Below are positions 45,236 through 45,744 of a DNA stretch of 45,744 nt, one piece after another. Positions within the stretch are counted from its first letter, which is position 1. Each line of letters opens with the position of its first letter. The notes under the pieces were generated by a model. It saw only the letters and a program-made list of their open reading frames with translations, searched no databases and was not told the origin of the DNA. Both the position numbers and the translations under genes were made by a program. The stretch is taken from NCBI GenBank assembly GCA_003557585.1, contig PWOE01000113.1, positions 1 through 45,744 of the forward strand, read 5' to 3'. This DNA comes from Candidatus Nealsonbacteria bacterium. GTDB lineage: Bacteria > Patescibacteriota > Minisyncoccia > Minisyncoccales > CSSED10-335.

Positions 45236-45259
45236 GTTGTTGACAAAACAACTTTTTTT
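45236..45259 (+). terminator. weak rho-independent terminator after rpmB and tRNA-Pro
   Basis: GTTGTT (45236-45241) / AACAAC (45247-45252) stem with a 5-nt loop, followed by T7 (45253-45259). The stem is AT-rich. It overlaps the -35 of the next promoter. Confidence 0.35.
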
Positions 45260-45267
45260 ATTATAAT
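45240..45267 (+). promoter_or_regulatory. consensus sigma70 promoter for the downstream secreted-protein gene
   Basis: TTGACA (45240-45245), 16 nt, TATAAT (45262-45267). Both hexamers are perfect consensus. Confidence 0.6.
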
Positions 45268-45308
45268 TATCTCACCTTAAAAAGGGAATAAAAAGGAGGT
45301 GCAGCACT

Positions 45309-45744
45309 TTGTCAAAAAAGATGGCAGTTATTGTTTTTGTAATAATCATGGTTTCTGTCATTGGATTGGGGGGCATTTCTGCATCTTATAATCCCCCAAC
45401 AACCGGGCCCTTACCAGACTCATGCTTCAAGGTTGAGTTCAACAAAAGCGGCAGAATAAGCAATGTGCAGAATGCCACCCACAAAGAGAATGACGGCATT
45501 ATCACTATCACCTTCCATGAAGAAGAAGTGATTATTCACAACCTCATCTTCAAGGAAAGATCCGAATTAATTGGATTCTCCTGGACCAGCTCCTCTACTG
45601 TGAGAGTATGGATTAAATTTGGACCAACTTCCAAATTAGCAGGAGAAGGTATCGAGGGTAGCTTCGTTACACCTAACAACAGAGGGGTAAGCAATATTGT
45701 TTTTTGCTTCTCCTCCGATGACGACAACGGCAATGGCAATGGCG
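45309..45744 (+). CDS. hypothetical secreted/membrane-anchored protein, 3'-truncated by the window end
   Basis: Not in the ORF track because it has no stop in the window. Open frame from TTG 45309 (9 nt after SD AAGGAGGTG, 45293-45301), or from ATG 45321, to 45744. Translation: (M)SKKMAVIVFVIIMVSVIGLGGISASYNPPTTGPLPDSCFKVEFNK...FCFSSDDDNGNGNG. Signal-peptide-like N-terminus. Confidence 0.6.
   Translation, partial: MSKKMAVIVFVIIMVSVIGLGGISASYNPPTTGPLPDSCFKVEFNKSGRISNVQNATHKENDGIITITFHEEEVIIHNLIFKERSELIGFSWTSSSTVRVWIKFGPTSKLAGEGIEGSFVTPNNRGVSNIVFCFSSDDDNGNGNG

Noticed and set aside
45536-45739. The 67-aa minus-strand ORF at the right end of the window.
   Set aside because: It is antisense to a longer plus-strand open frame that has a consensus promoter, a strong SD and a signal-peptide-like N-terminus. 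The minus ORF has none of these.
1-45744. A search by eye for CRISPR arrays, IS elements or transposases, integrases, prophage genes, restriction-modification or other defence systems, and toxin-antitoxin pairs.
   Set aside because: I found no repeat-spacer periodicity, no terminal inverted repeats and no recombinase-like ORFs. Every ORF over 150 aa except four hypotheticals is a recognisable housekeeping gene.

Overview
This is a compact, AT-rich bacterial core-genome window (roughly one-third GC by eye, not computed). Apart from one gene at 16911..18224 and the last ~0.8 kb, everything is on the minus strand.

Gene order, read 5'->3' on the minus strand:
- An M50 protease, then a fused str/S10/spc/alpha ribosomal super-operon: rpsL-rpsG-fusA-tuf-rpsJ-rplC-rplD-rplW-rplB-rpsS-rplV-rpsC-rplP-rpmC-rpsQ-rplN-rplX-rplE-rpsZ-rpsH-rplF-rplR-rpsE-rplO-secY-adk-map.
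- Five inserted non-ribosomal genes, then infA-rpmJ-rpsM-rpsK-rpsD-rpoA-rplQ-rplM-rpsI and a terminator.
- murA-mreB-holB-frr-rseP-mreB-gatC-gatA, a hypothetical gene, three tRNAs and a small ORF.
- gyrB, then secE-nusG-rplK joined directly to a thymidylate module (dCMP deaminase, dCTP deaminase, thyA, folA, deoC) and gatB.
- On the plus strand at the right end: rpmB, tRNA-Pro and a truncated secreted or anchored protein of unknown function.

The standard code applies: gatB ends in TGA and all long conserved ORFs are full length. I saw no mobile elements, CRISPR arrays, defence genes or toxin-antitoxin genes. Absence of L30 between S5 and L15, no L1 after L11, small genes, gatCAB and lysine-rich r-protein tails suggest a Candidate Phyla Radiation / Patescibacteria-like organism; this is inference.

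I did not find a multi-gene novel system. The points worth follow-up are:
- uL2 is interrupted by one in-frame TAA with both halves intact.
- Sigma70-like promoters repeatedly sit 6-11 nt from start codons, with no Shine-Dalgarno (SD) sequence. This implies leaderless mRNAs, and it contrasts with three strong SD sites in front of non-core genes.
- An attenuator-like GC hairpin lies between rpsJ and rplC.
- An initiator-like tRNA(CAT) carries non-canonical C33 and G55 and lacks the G18G19 pair.
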